A DNA stretch of 64,000 nt from Macrostomum lignano (Eukaryota). The stretch spans positions 34,271-98,270 of the forward strand of contig NIVC01003424.1 of NCBI GenBank assembly GCA_002269645.1, in the 5' to 3' direction. The translations under genes and the position numbers were made by a program. Below the pieces are notes generated by a model, which saw nothing but the letters and a program-made list of their open reading frames with translations, did not search any database and was not told where the DNA came from. Shown here piece by piece: positions 11,587 to 24,700 of the stretch (its first letter is position 1; every line of letters starts with the position of its first letter).

Positions 11587-12832
11587 TTAATCCAAATTGA
11601 ATGTTACGTGTCGCTCCATCGATTCCCGACGACTATTTAGACTGGAATCGACCTTGTCGGTTTCAGCTTTGGTTTCAGCGCTGCCGTCATTTCGTGAACC
11701 TCCTTCAACAGTGAAAGCTTCGCTTTCTGACGCCTGCACATCAGTATTATGTGGTAGCATTTCGTCCTCCGTCTGAGACGCCTCTAAACAGTCAACTTTT
11801 TCAGAATCGGTTGTCATTTTCGGCAAGCTGTCGTTTGGTGGAAGCTGTTTTATCGACTCCCCCGTGCTGCTTGCTTCATCAACGACCCCGGTGTCGACGC
11901 TCTGAGTAGGCTTACTTTCCTGTTCATTCTCTGGGCTCAGAAAGGGCTTTAGCGGTTCACAAAGCGTTTCAATGTCAAGGCAGCCAAACTCTCGCAAATC
12001 TGTAGCACGTTGCGTTGCCGTCAGACCTAGGTAGGCAGCCGCCATATCTTGATCGCACATTGAAACCAAGCAACGATTTGCGTGCGGAAGCAAGCACTTC
12101 TTAAATGCGGTACAACATAGCGCAAAGCCTTGCCGCTCAGCAGGCGTCAAGGCACCCGTTTCACTCGAGTACCAGCCAGCCAGTACGGCTACTGAGCGCT
12201 GCATTAAGTCTGACACCGCACTGCAGAGGGCAGGCACTAAACAGACGCTCATGCAAGGCCGCAGCTCGTTAAGGCCGGTGAGCATTCCGTTAAGCAACAC
12301 AGCCAGCGGAGGATAGTTAACAAGGTCATTTGGAGGCGGAATCTCATCAACATTAAAGCCCATTGATGCTTTTATTGACCCTCTGATATTGCTGCCATTG
12401 TCTTCATTGAACTCTTCTATGCCTGATCCGCTGTCCCAGTTTGCTGGTGCCACAGCAGTAGCTGGCAAGGCTAAGGCATACGAATACACGGCCGAGTGAA
12501 AATGCTTCAGTGCAATTTCAATAGAGACACGCAGCTGCGTCATGGCGGCCCGGCTAAATAAGTCCAGAAGATGGGGTCTAAAATCAGCTCCAATTTTAGC
12601 TAAACTAGCGCCGAAGTACATGCAGCAGGAGAGCAGCGACTCCAGGCGGCCGTTGGCTCCGGCCCCGCGGCCTAGGTCTCGCTCCAGGCACTCCAGGAAC
12701 AAGCACACACGATGCGTAAGCCAGCAATGAAGAAGCCCGGACTCGCTTGCTGGACCATCAGCAGAAGATAGCAATGGATCCTGATCGGCAAACGCTGCCC
12801 GATAATGGGTCACTGTATCGAATATCATGCTC
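11587..12832 (-). CDS. COG8: COG8 exon 3, with an acidic low-complexity tail
   Basis: Acceptor CTCACAG|G restores the frame (R-SMIFDTVTHYRAAF). Contains LLSCCMYFGASLAKIGADFR and PPNDLVNYPPLAVLLNGML. TAA at 11589-11587. Confidence 0.95.
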
Positions 12833-13036
12833 CTGTGAGTGGTGAGTGGGTAAATTGTGCATGGTTTGAGTCTCAAATCTAAGTACTTTTTTATTCATTA
12901 TTTATCAAATTCACAGTAATAACAGCAGAAATCAAGCTGGTTAATAGCAAATAACTTGAATTAGAACGCAGTGCCGTACTTAGCGCTATACCCTCATTGC
13001 CAAGACAAAACCTTTTTAGAGGCATTTTTAACTCAC

Positions 13037-13428
13037 CTGGTGTCCTCAGCAGTCTGTCTAGCGTGCTGATAGGGGTCATCCTCTTGAAGAGCCGCGAGTT
13101 GTCCGCTCAGGTAAGCGTCTCTGGCAGCCAAAAAATGAAGCCGTAACTGGGGTTCTGGGTAGGCAGCCAGCCGGCGCAGGTAGCCTAGAAGACGCAGACA
13201 GTCGGGCAGTTGAAGCCGTCCAGAACGCAGACGACCCGCCACTTGCGCGAGCATCTGCTCACTGACTCGCCGAACCTCGTCCAATACGCTAGTTACAACT
13301 TGTGCTTCAAGGAGACCGCGGCCACGCTCCAGTCGTTTTGCATAGCTGACCAGTTCGAGTGCCTCTTCCCAATAGTCGTTGCGCACACAAGTGTCCAAAA
13401 GTTGGGGAATTTCCAGCACTTCCAGTAC
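13037..13428 (-). CDS. COG8: COG8 exon 2
   Basis: Acceptor TGTGTAG|GTA. VLEVLEIPQLLDTCVRNDYWEEALEL...LQLPDCLRLLGYLRR is the Dor1 signature. Donor AG|GTGAGT, phase 2. Confidence 0.95.
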
Positions 13429-13626
13429 CTACACAGCGTGGTTTGAGTATTTTACTTTAGTATTGAATTATAAGATTGTTACAGCTCTATTATGATTTAA
13501 TGAGGATTAAATATGTTCGGTTCCAATTGCAATAACCATCAAAGGACGGTACTTTATACACACACGGCCTTTAAATTAAAAACGAATGACCTGAATTATC
13601 GACACTATAATTATATCCAGTCCCAC

Positions 13627-14052
13627 CTGGGCATGACGATGCAATCCCAGCTGCACGCGCCTGCGACGGCTTGCCAGCTGGCCCACAGACTCCGAGAAGG
13701 CAGCGCACCGGCCAGTCAGACGAGGTAGCCGGTCTGATAGCAGTGACTCGACGGTGAACTCGACACGGCTTAACTCGACCGACAACGCCCGTGTGGCCTC
13801 GGCCGATCGAATGAAGACTGCGTAGTTGCGGGCCGCCGTTTCTTGTGCCTCACGAGCCAGTTCAGTGTGCCGCTGAGCCAATCGGCGGGGCTCAGCACGC
13901 AGCTGGTTTGCGCCCAGGTCTGTCAGCTGGCCGAGGCACTCGCGCAGAACTGGCGAGTCAAGCCAGGTAGTCGGAAGTCGGCCATGTCGGATTACAAGTT
14001 CTGCTAGGCCCTCACTGTTACTGTTGCCGTCCCTATCGCCACTGGCAGACAT
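13627..14052 (-). CDS. COG8: Conserved oligomeric Golgi complex subunit 8, exon 1
   Basis: ATG at 14052, 142 codons, donor CAG|GTGGGA at 13627, phase 0. EPRRL...QETAARNYAVFIRSAE matches the Dor1/COG8 N-terminus. Confidence 0.9.
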
Positions 14053-15199
14053 TCTTAAATATAAAAGTTTTTCTGAAACATTGCATTTGAAAAATTTCAG
14101 ATTTGCCGCCCATTAAGACAAGTGGCCCTTGTACTGTACTGTACCCTTGTAAGTAAGATGGTTAGATGAGTGAATGGTAAAAAGGTAACAATACAACCAC
14201 ATTCCTAATCCTAAAAACAGGAGATGCAGACAGTTTGGGAATTGGTTTTAAAATTATTAGTACATGTCGTAAACACTGAACACAGGATGCAGCTATAAGC
14301 ATAATACTATATATAGCCAGATATGCTAATACTGCTCCTGTTGTACTTTTTTTCCAATTTACCACAATGTGGGAAAAGCTAAATTGGCCTCCCAACATAT
14401 AAGTGCATATTGTCATATAGTTTTAAATTGTTTTTACATTAGCTCAAGTGCAATGCCTTCAATCAAAGCTTTAAATAATTACTATAAGCATATCTATGCA
14501 CTTAGTTTCAGCCATTTTGTGATCGCGTTTTTATAGAAATGTCACTGATTTGTAGATCAAATTAAAAAATACAATAAGTGCCATATAACTAAGAGCCATA
14601 CATTCAAGGATTTTCCAAAAAGAGCTAGGTAACTTGTTTATAGTTGACATGTTTTGCTTCAAAACTGTAAAAATGTTGCTTTTGAATAATTTTAATAAAA
14701 AGTTTATGCTATAGTGATTTTCTTTTTCATTTTCTTACTTATAGCTATTTTACAATGTTTTATTTTCTTCCAAATTACAATTCTTCTGCTACCAATAAAA
14801 TATTTGTTGCTGTCTGGTTTTATTCAAGAGACCATGCACTGTAACAGTGGGAATACCAAGCAATTTTTCCACCTATCAAACTACCAAGGAGGGAGGGGTA
14901 AATTTTGACAATTTTTGCTTTGCTACAATGAAGCAATGTAGGCATACAAAATTCAAGAGCACAGGTAAACTTTCTGTTGCACATTTTAAACAAGAATACA
15001 ATAGTCACCCCTCCAAACTATTTAACAATTCAACAATTCTGCCAAGTTGGATTTTTTCCATAAAAGCTAACGTGTTGAATATAGCCATTGCACCAATTAG
15101 CATTACACCTCTATGCAGCCTTGCCAAGCCTACAAATTTCCTCAACACATTGACTATATATGCCTGAACCAGTTCTGACTTTGTTGGTCACTGGCTTTT

Positions 15200-15480
15200 A
15201 CCTAGGTAGAGCTTCTAGAACTTTAGCAGGTAATACTGGTTAACTATAGACACACTTTTGCAAATTTCTGAAAAAAGCTTAACTAATCTAAAGCTTTCAC
15301 AATTGGCAAGCTTCAACTGCTATACATCCTCAGCTAGTCTTTCAAGCATTTATTCATCACTTTAACACAATTGGCACCTTCAACAGATTACACTAGGCAA
15401 CTGTACTGTGCATTGTATTGTATATTTGTACAATCTGAATTAAGAAGAGTTCTTTGACAAATTCAAGCTAATTGTGTTGG
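15200..15480 (-). pseudogene. Possible heavily point-mutated PHD + coiled-coil ORF relic (LINE ORF1-like)
   Basis: One minus frame reads IQCTVQLPSVIC*RCQLC*SDE*MLERLAEDV*QLKLAN, with several stops and no frameshift. The resemblance is by motif spacing only. Confidence 0.3.
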
Positions 15481-18400
15481 GACTTTTCTCCTATAATGGC
15501 AACAACCTAATCTTAGTACTATACTTGGCAAATCAACTATATTTTCTAAGTCTCAAAAGCAAATTATAAGCAAATCATGTCTGTTAAGCATTCTAAAAGA
15601 CAACATTATAATTGACTACTTAGCCACCCACAACCATAGCTACCCTCCCTTAATCCTGAGGAACTTAGCCAGAGCTCTAATAGCATTTCTAGTTTGTTAA
15701 ATTGTTTTGGATTGCTAAAAATTTGGTATCAATTTAAAAGCAACTGGGTAAATGGGTAAACAGCTGGAATAACCATGAATGGATGGCCTTGTCAATGTCA
15801 ACTAATAAGTAGTTTAATCCTATATTGTTTATTTAGTTTTATTAAATAAATGATGGGACTAACTATGACTAACTTGCCTAAGCTGTCTATCTTATTGTCT
15901 AGTAAATTTAATTAATTAATAAGCAGTTTACTATTCTTTACTTAGTAAAAATTCACTTGAAATGCAGAACTTTGTATACTTCCTTATCTTGGCCTGCAGA
16001 CTAGCTGTTATTAAAATGTTTCTTGAACTAAAACTGCCATGACAAATTGGCAGCTTCTCAATGCTATGTAAGTAAGGAAAGCCTTTAGCAATTTGGCATA
16101 CCCAGAATGGCTAACTTATGTAAGTACTCTTGTAAAGGTTTTAGCTATCTTGGTTATATTCATCCTTTAAAATAGTCAAATATAAAAGGCAGACAAAAAA
16201 GCTTAATAAAAAAAGGATATATTAGGGCCAATTTAGACATAGAAATTGGTAAAAAGCAAAAGAATATAAGTAAAATAAAAATTATAAAAAATAGAAATAA
16301 AAAATAAAAAACTATACTTTATAGTGGAATTAAAAAGTTTTTTTGTCTTTTGCAGACCTGCTATATGACACATTTTATCAAGTTACTATCATAATTTCAC
16401 TTTGTACATTATCCCTTGTTTAATGTTAACTAACAATTAAATTTGAAAATTTAAAACATAATAGCAAAATGGTTATTCTTTATAGTCAAAGCATAAGATG
16501 CTATCTAGGCTAGGCCTAGGATTTTTATTTTTAATTTTATCTATAAAAATAGCAAAGCTATTATTTTTATGTTCCCTATACATGGAAAGCAAAATGGGTA
16601 TTTTTATGGTTATGCTCCATGGGGAAAAATCATTTAAATTAATAGTTAATAACTACCTAAAGCCAGCTAAGGTGGTGATAAGAATTACTAGAAGAACTTA
16701 CTATTATATCAATGTATTATAATATTAATAACAGAAGTATCATGTTCTTATTGCTAAAATAAGATCAATCTCTTGTTGAATATTTAATAAACTAGGGTCT
16801 ACCTCTCTCATATAAGTCTAGAATTTATCAACACTATCTTGAATAGGTCTCAGTGACTCTATTCAAATTATTCTCCATTCTCCACCCTTATTCTCCATGT
16901 CCTAGTGATTGGTTTTAATTTAAACTATATATTTAGGTTGAAGCTACCAAAAAATGAAGCTCAATTTTGAAATCATCACTATCAAAAACTACTATTGAGA
17001 GAAAACTATGACCTTATCAAAACTGCAACTAATTTATCAACATTAACTTGAAGAAGTCCCATTGGCCACATTTCTTTACTTTTTTTAAAATTTAACCACA
17101 TTAATTATTTACACTACAAGTTTGTTACTTCATTTAGATAGTATTTGTTTATTTTATTGTTTATTATTTGTCTATTTTATTATTAGGAAAGTAATATTTT
17201 ACACTAAGTTAAATTCTTATCAAAATAATATAAATGTTGCAGGGGTGTTTCTTCTTACTCTATAGATTTCAATCCTTACCATTAAGCCACCAAAGTTGTC
17301 GTAGGGCTTACTTCTGTCCTCCAACTATCCCACTAATTGCCACCAAGTTGTTACAGGTTTTTAATTTCCCTCTATTAAATTTCTATTGCTGACACTAAAT
17401 TTTGCCTTAATTTTTCCAACTGTTTCTTAGAATCTCATATATTTCTAGGTAGCATTCTTGTAGTGTTCTGGTAGCATTCCTAATATATGCTCTAGTAGCA
17501 TTCTTAGTATATGGCCTGAGTGGTCTTACTGGTATATGTACTTTCTCTCTCCATTCTGGGCATTACCAAGATTAGAGGGTCACAGCAATACTCTTAGTAC
17601 TCTCTTTGCATAAATTCCCAATTCTAACTTTCAATACTTTCAATAAAATAAGCAATGATCTGAGAATGGTTTATCTAACACATTTTGACATTATAGCCAG
17701 CAAACAAGTTTTTCTTCCATCTTTTCGGCTTTCTCCTATTTATAACTAGTCAATTGTGTATATTTAAAACAAATTCTTACAACTTAAGAATATTTCGCAT
17801 ATTATAACAAAAGAGTATTAATTTTTGCGCTAGTTTAAAAACCACAATTCCTAGAAATAAGATACCGCTACTACATAAATATGTATTTTTTGTCTTTATA
17901 AATTGAGGTACATAGTATGTTAATTTGTTTTAATAAAGTAACTTTAGTTTTACTGATCAAATTACTTTTGTTTTAATGGAATATTTCTTTACTTAGTTAT
18001 AGTGCTAGCCAATAGAGAGACATCTTAACACTATAAATCAAAGCAAAAAACAAAAAACTTTCTATAACTTTAGGTTAATCATTTTTGTAACCTTTTTGGT
18101 AACTTTGAAATTAAATTTTCTTTGGTCTTACTGTTTTAGTTATATGAAGCAAGATAGCAAAGAGGTCTAAAGTAGTGTTTGTAGAACAAGGCAGATTTGC
18201 ATAGCAAATCTGTTTAGATAGACCAAGGACATATTGCCAAATGAAATAGGTGTTATTGAATAAGCATTCTGCAAAGCAAAAAAGATGGATTGCCTAGTAA
18301 AAAGGGGGACTTCCTTAGAAGTAGACATTAAGTTATTGTATCCAAAATAGTGTGATAAAATATTAAATTAGGATAGACAATACTAAAAAGCCAGAAATAT

Positions 18401-18969
18401 CTTAGTTTTTGGTAATGCCATGTTGGACTATATAATTTAGGTGATTAATAGTCAGCAGTGTCTTGCTGCTTGGGTATTAAAGCTACTAGGATGGGTGCTG
18501 ACCAATTTAGCGACAAACAAATTTGGCAAAAGCAAATTCATTGACAATCTAGTCAAATTTGGCAACAATGAAGGAAGAACAATTGTGTATAGTTTTATTA
18601 ATTCTTATTGTTATATGTATTATATATATTAGCTTCCCTTTTTTAATAAGTTTGTATGATACATTATTTATCCTGTGCTTTTCGAATATTCAAATATCCA
18701 AATATGCTTTCCAAGAAAATTTGTTCATTCTCAATCTTGAAGATATGCAATGTCCAATTTATTTCAAAGGTCATATTGGCTTTGGTATAAAAATCACTAC
18801 AACTCCTTCGCAACAAGAAACAAATTCTAAAATGTGAAAAAGAGCACAAAGTGACCTTAATTTTGTTCAGCTTCACGAGGTTACAATAGAAGGTTCAGGA
18901 AAAGGTTGTGGTAAAATTGTAAACTTTAAAAGGTAAAATTGTGGCTGTCATTAAATCACATGGGGGCAT

Positions 18970-19990
18970 TTAGCTGACTACAGGCCTCAAGCAAAGCTTG
19001 GTCTGTTCTTGTGCCTGCCTTGTGTTTGTCCCAGATTTTGTTGTAAATGGACTGTCAACGGCGGATAGATATGCGCTACTTGCGCCAAAGGGCACCCTGT
19101 GATACAAGTTGCACATCAAGAGCTGCCAAGCTGGCTTCTTCGTGCAAGAGGCATATGAGCAAGTAAAACGAAATGTCATTTTGTTGGGCTTTGTGGTTCA
19201 GCCTTTGGTGCCAACCCTCCAAATCATTGTTTGTTTGTATAGAGTGGCGATAGGCTGAGAGGCAGTTGGAGGTACAGACAGAAGATGAAATCCATGTGGC
19301 CTATAGTATAAGGCATGAGAGAATATGAGAGATGACTCAGCTGATGAGCAGAAATCTGGTTCAGTGAGACTAGCTGAGTAAATTATAAAAGTACAATAGC
19401 TACATGTACCTGAACATACTCCACAAGTGCAGCTAACTGAGGCTCTTCATGCTGGCTGATTTGCGCTCAAAGCGTATAAAAGGTTCACTTGATGATTTCA
19501 GCTGGTAAAAGTGGCAAGGCCATAAGCTGGCGACAAACATCTTGCACCCTGTCATTATCAATGTAAGCTCGCTGGAGGCCAAGCTGCTGGACGTGTCGCC
19601 ACACAGCTTGTGTAAAATGAAAGAGGCAGCCACGCAGCTGGACACCAAGGAAGACGGAATGAATTGCACTCCATGCTGCCATTTCAAAGTCGAGAAGAAA
19701 TTCCCCAGGCCTGCAAAATTGGTTCATATGCAAGTGGCAAGATGTTATTTAATTATTTTAATTATTTAGTTATTTTACTTAATTATTCGAAAAACAAAGA
19801 CTTGCCTTGCATGTGGAATGATTGCACACTGCTTGAAATAGATCTATGTAGTCCCTATGGCTCTTTCCTTCCTGTCATCAGTGCAAATAGAAGTGGGACC
19901 TGCTTCATTGCTCCATTGTTACCAGAAATGAAAGCGTGAATGCTAAATAGTTGCATGAATGGTTGCAAAAAGTTGCAAACCACCTGGGAG
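18970..19990 (-). pseudogene. MULE transposase relic (catalytic region)
   Basis: PFMQLFSIHAFI...VPLLFALMTGRK, LLDFEMAAWSAIHSVF...RGCLFHFTQAVWRHVQQLGL and QTNNDLEGWHQRLN motifs, with frameshifts and stops. Confidence 0.88.
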
Positions 19991-20092
19991 ACTCTGCAAG
20001 CAGTGACAACTGTGCTTCTGTGGCATGACAGCTGCAGCACCCTGTAGCTTGATAGCAATATCTGGTGGCTCAACAGCTATAGCACCCTATAG

Positions 20093-20374
20093 CTATAGCT
20101 CAATAGTGATGTCTAGTGGCTGCTTGACGGCAGCTTGCAGGTTGACTGCATACTTAAACTGTGGGTCATAGACTTGACAGCGCCAGTTGAAAGATGTCTG
20201 CCCTTTTAGATACTGATAATTGCAAGCAGTTATATAATGTTCTTCTTTTAAACAGATGCGATGCACCCATAGGCAACATATGTCACATTGTAGGCCATGC
20301 TGCCTATTCCGAACTGCTTGTTTGCACAAGGGACATACATGTACATGTAGTGTGGCCATTTTTGCTTGATGCAT
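20093..20374 (-). pseudogene. PHD-finger ORF inside the MULE TIRs, upstream of the transposase core
   Basis: CPLCKQAV...GLQCDICCLWVHRICL...WRC shows C4HC3 spacing (the last Cys is not present). Confidence 0.75.
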
Positions 20375-20428
20375 CCACTGTATAGCTATTTATGGTCACT
20401 CTTTATAAGGCCAATTTAGTGGCTGGGG

Positions 20429-20694
20429 CATACATGTGCAACTGCTGGCCAACCTGGCCGATCTGGCCACCATAAATTGTGGTGGACCAGGGGTAAATTG
20501 CAAAAATGCCCAGCCTAAAGAATACAGACATAGGACTAATTAGATGACGAGGCATTTAGCCCTTATAAGACAATCATAGTTACTCCTGCCGTTTACCTAA
20601 AATTGCATTAGGGTTTCTTTCATAGGTAAGTCGCATTTTTGGTCAAAAAGTAAGTCGCATGGCCAGTATAAATCAGGGGGGTTGCACATGTATG
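20429..20694. mobile_element. hAT-type MITE, family A (copy 1)
   Basis: TIRs CATACATGTGCAAC / GTTGCACATGTATG and perfect 8-bp TSD GGCTGGGG (20421-20428, 20695-20702). Confidence 0.9.
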
Positions 20695-21360
20695 GGCTGG
20701 GGTATTAAGGAACCTCTGCCACAGAAATAGAAATAATGTACACACATAGCAGTAGTATCAATAAATCACTCAATCTAATCCACCACCAGAGGATTCTTGG
20801 CTGCGTCTTAGCATATAGCGCACCCAGCATTTCTGGCAATTATTTTACAGTATATACCAACTTCACTATACAAGTGCATTGTATAGAATTTTTGGGGTGG
20901 ATAAATTGATTGCTCATTAGGGCAGAGAGTGTACAATTGTACATTGAGGGACTATTGAATTGACAATCTGCATATAGCTACGTTTATACTTAAGATAATA
21001 AGAATTTCACTTCATTGTGTTAGGGTAAAACATTTAGTATATTTGGATATATAAGACTTGTTGCCAAATTTGCCTAGATTGTCGCCAAATTTGTTTGTTG
21101 CCAAATTGGTGTGCATCCATTAGGATAACTTATACTGAGGATAGGCCTAGCTTATACATATATAGTAAGAGATTATTAGTATATAGATAGAGCTATAAAT
21201 AATCAGATTTATTTAGATAGGAACTAGCAATCTTTGCCCCCCGTTGGGGTACATCTGTATAGAATCTTTGTTCTCTACAAGTAACAAAAAGATAGCCAAA
21301 TAAAGCCTTCACAAAGAAAACAGACAAAATATTCTAATGAAGTGCAATGCAAAAAGAAAT

Positions 21361-21585
21361 CATCCCAAGACAGCAAGCATACCCTAGATAGCAAGCATCC
21401 CCCAGATTGCAAGCATCCTCCCGATAGCAAGCAACCCCAGATAGCAAGCATCCCCCAGATAGCAAGCATCCCCAAAATAGCAAGCATCGCCCAGATAGCA
21501 AGCATCCCCCAGATAGCAAGCATCCTCCAGATAGCAAGCATCCTCCAGATAGATAGCATCCCCAAATAGCAAGCATCCACCAGAC
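21361..21585. repeat. 18-bp minisatellite (AGATAGCAAGCATCCCCC-type)
   Basis: About 12 imperfect copies visible. Confidence 0.9.
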
Positions 21586-21674
21586 AATAAGTAGCTAGTG
21601 CGACAATTGCCTTAGCATTATAGTGGCTCCTTAAAAATTTGCTTACTTTTACGTTTGAAACTGTGTATCTTTTA

Positions 21675-22355
21675 ACAATGTGGCTCTTTAAAATGTTTTA
21701 CATGGTGGCTCTTTTATGATTGACATGGTGGCTCTTTTATGTTGACATTGTGGCTCTTTTATGTTCTACATGGTAACTCTTTTATGTTTGATACGGTGGC
21801 TTTTCAATGTCTGACATGGTGGCTCCTAAATGTTTGACATGATGGCTCTTTTATGTTTGACATGGTGGCTCTTTAATATTCTACATGGTGGCTCTTTTAT
21901 GTTCAACATGGTGGCTCTTCTATGTTTGACATGGTGGCTCTTTATTGTTTGACATGGTGGCTCTTTAATATTCAAAATGGTGGCTCTTGAATGTTTAACT
22001 TAATGGCTTTTTAATGTTTTTCATGTTTGCTCTTTAATATTCTACATGGTGGCTCTTTTATGTTCGAAATGGTGGCTCTTTTTTGTTTTACATGGTAACT
22101 CTTTTATGTTTTATACAGTGGCTTTTTAATGTCTGACATGGAGGCTCTTTTATGTTTGACATGGTGGCTCTTTAATGTTTGACATGGTGGCTTTTTAATG
22201 TTCAAAATGGTGGCTCTTTTATGTTTGACGTGGTGGCTCTTCTATGTTTGACATAGTGGCTCTTTCATCATTGACATGGAATCACATATATGTTTGACAT
22301 GGTGGCTCTTTTATGTTTGACATGGTAACTCTTTAACATTCGACATGGTGGCTTT
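21675..22355. repeat. 22-23-bp minisatellite (CATGGTGGCTCTTTTATGTTTGA-type)
   Basis: About 30 copies. Variants TTCGA/TTTGA/TTCAA and GGTGGC/GGTAAC imply a CpG-containing ancestor. Confidence 0.9.
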
Positions 22356-22424
22356 TCTATGTTTGATATTGCGCTTCTTCATGTTTAGCATTTTGTGTTT
22401 TTAAGGTGTTTTAATAAAAAAATC

Positions 22425-22495
22425 TTTTTGCACTGCTAAGATTCGAACCCAGGTCGCTACATTAGCATTCTAGTTTATTCACATCTGGGCTATCT
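22425..22495 (-). mobile_element. tRNA-derived SINE head fragment
   Basis: Minus strand has GATAGCCCAGATG...CCTGGGTTCGAATCTT (B-box) but no complete cloverleaf. Confidence 0.45.
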
Positions 22496-24440
22496 CTTTT
22501 AAATTGGAGAACATGAACTGTGGCCCTTATAATTCAATTCTTATAGCAAGTCAATTGGAGTAAAAAGTTATGACATAATCAATTTCTCAATTAGCCAGTA
22601 TCAGTCTCAATTTAAGTTAGCAATATGGTTACGCAATTTTAATCAAGTCTTGTGTGCTTTTCTATGGCACTGTTTTCAACTTGTTGTGATGCAATCTTTA
22701 TCATAATTGAAATTCAGTCAGTCAGGTTTTTCTTTAGCATTCTTATAATGCATTTCAAGTTGAAAATTTTGCTTGACCTTAACAAAAAAGCACATTTTTT
22801 GAATATTTAATCCCTTTAAAATTGAGCAATTTCTTAGCCAAGATGCATGTACTGTCCCAGAAAAATTTCTGATCAAATGGTGCAAGTTTGAAGAAAATCA
22901 GTTAAGCCATTTTTCTGAAATCTATCTCACACATACATATACACATATAGACAACTATATGGGAAAAGCATAAAGCTAGGCCCCCGGCCCTAGTTATAAC
23001 TGGGTAATAAATTGGTAAGATTTTGATTAAGCAAAATTTCTCTAAAACAACCTATAGTTTAGATTCTCTAAATTTATTAGATTTATTTATTAATATTTAT
23101 TAATATATACTAGGTTTAATACTAGAAAAAATGATGACACATTGTTTGTAATATGTAATTTATATGCCAATATTTATAAAAAGTCATTGACACAATGCAA
23201 TGTTTCCACTATGTATGTTATATATGCCAGGATATAAGCTAGGCCTAATATATGCCAAAAATGACAAGTAGACCTACCTTGTTGTATGCCAGGAAATTCA
23301 GGTCTACATGTTGCCTTCCAAATTATAGAGAACAACTTGATAGCAATAGGATACAATAAAGTAACTAATAGCAAATAATACTAGGCAAAAGTTCTAAAAC
23401 AACTTACTTAGTGACAATTGTAAGAATTTATTAGGCCTAGGATAGAGCTAGAACCCTAGTTACAACTTAGTATTAAAAATAAGAGTAGGATCTTTTTTGT
23501 GTAGGACTATAGTAGGCCTATTATTACTTACAATAACTAGGTTTTATAATTGATAAATAGAATTTTTATTAGGTAGAAGTTATCCTCTAGCCTAGAACAA
23601 CTTGGTGGCATTAGTGGGATGGGATAGAGTAGCTAAAAACAGAGAACCCAACAATATGTTGACCATAAAAATAACTATCTAACTATTTATTCAGTCACTA
23701 GGGCCTAAGGCCTATATAGCATAACAATAAGAATAGCTAAGGCCTAACTAACAACTACCAAAAACCTAATATATAAAGTTTCATTGATATGGCGGCCGTG
23801 TCTCTAATAATGACTAGGTCCATACTTAGACATGGCTGCCGTATTTATAAGTATTTGCATTATAGACATGGCCGCCATGTCTATAAGTATGGACCTAGTC
23901 ACTATTAGAGACACGACTGCCATGTCTATAAGTTTCTGCATTATAGACACGGTTGCCATGTCTTTAAGTCTAAGTGTGGCATTTTCTGAAAAATGGGCTG
24001 ATAGTGATAGTGATAAGATAGGGCCTACCAACAAGTTAAAAGACAGGAAAATCTTTGATTAGGCCTATAGGCCTATATAATTAAATAACTAATAAGTATT
24101 TTACTTAAGTTATTAACTATCTGTAAAATAATGCGATATACATAAATGATTAAAAATCTATGAAACAGTCAATCCGGGTGCGACCACATGTACATCATGT
24201 ATTTGCAATTTATCTGGACTGCATTCATAATTCTAAATTCATAATTCAAAATAATTCTATTGCGTTCATGCAGTTAACGGCGCATACGATATAGGATATA
24301 GCAAAAACCTTATAGATAGAGTCGAACCTTACAACTAGTATTACATGTATCACTCAGATTATGGTCCGTTGAGGAGGTCTGTTGCGGTCCCGTTGCGGTC
24401 CCTTTGCGGTCCGTTGCGGTGTTTACACGGACACGTAATT

Positions 24441-24700
24441 GGGCCTTTTCATATTACCAATTCCAGAACCAGAATCGGTTTGGAATTCCAAGAAAAACAG
24501 CAGTATAACTATTAAACTCTGTTAATATTTGACTGCCTTAACAACCTCACTTAGCACAATTTTTAACATTCTTTTTGGCGATTGTCATTCAATAATAAAA
24601 ACTTTATAGCACGTATATCCCTCTAGTTATGGAGACTAAAAGTTATACTTCACAAATTGGTTCTGGTTCTGGAACCAGAACAAGCAATATGAAAAGGCCC
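24441..24700. mobile_element. 260-bp MITE, family B (copy 1)
   Basis: TIRs GGGCCTTTTCATATT / AATATGAAAAGGCCC. Near-identical copy at 53521-53779. Confidence 0.9.

Larger units (their letters stand above)
18489..21118 (-). mobile_element. Second MULE element, ~2.6 kb, with decayed TIRs
   Basis: GGATGGGTGCTGACCAATTTAGCGACAAACAAATTTGGCAA at 18489 and its diverged reverse complement ending ...AAATTGGTGTGCATCC at 21118 bracket the transposase and PHD relics. Confidence 0.7.

Noticed and set aside
19335-19385. Hammerhead ribozyme at CTGATGA (also 48407 and 49009)
   Set aside because: None has stem II followed by GAAA with matching stems I and III.
21275-21587. Cys/Gly-rich repeat proteins
   Set aside because: Translations of the 18-bp minisatellite; no splice or start context.
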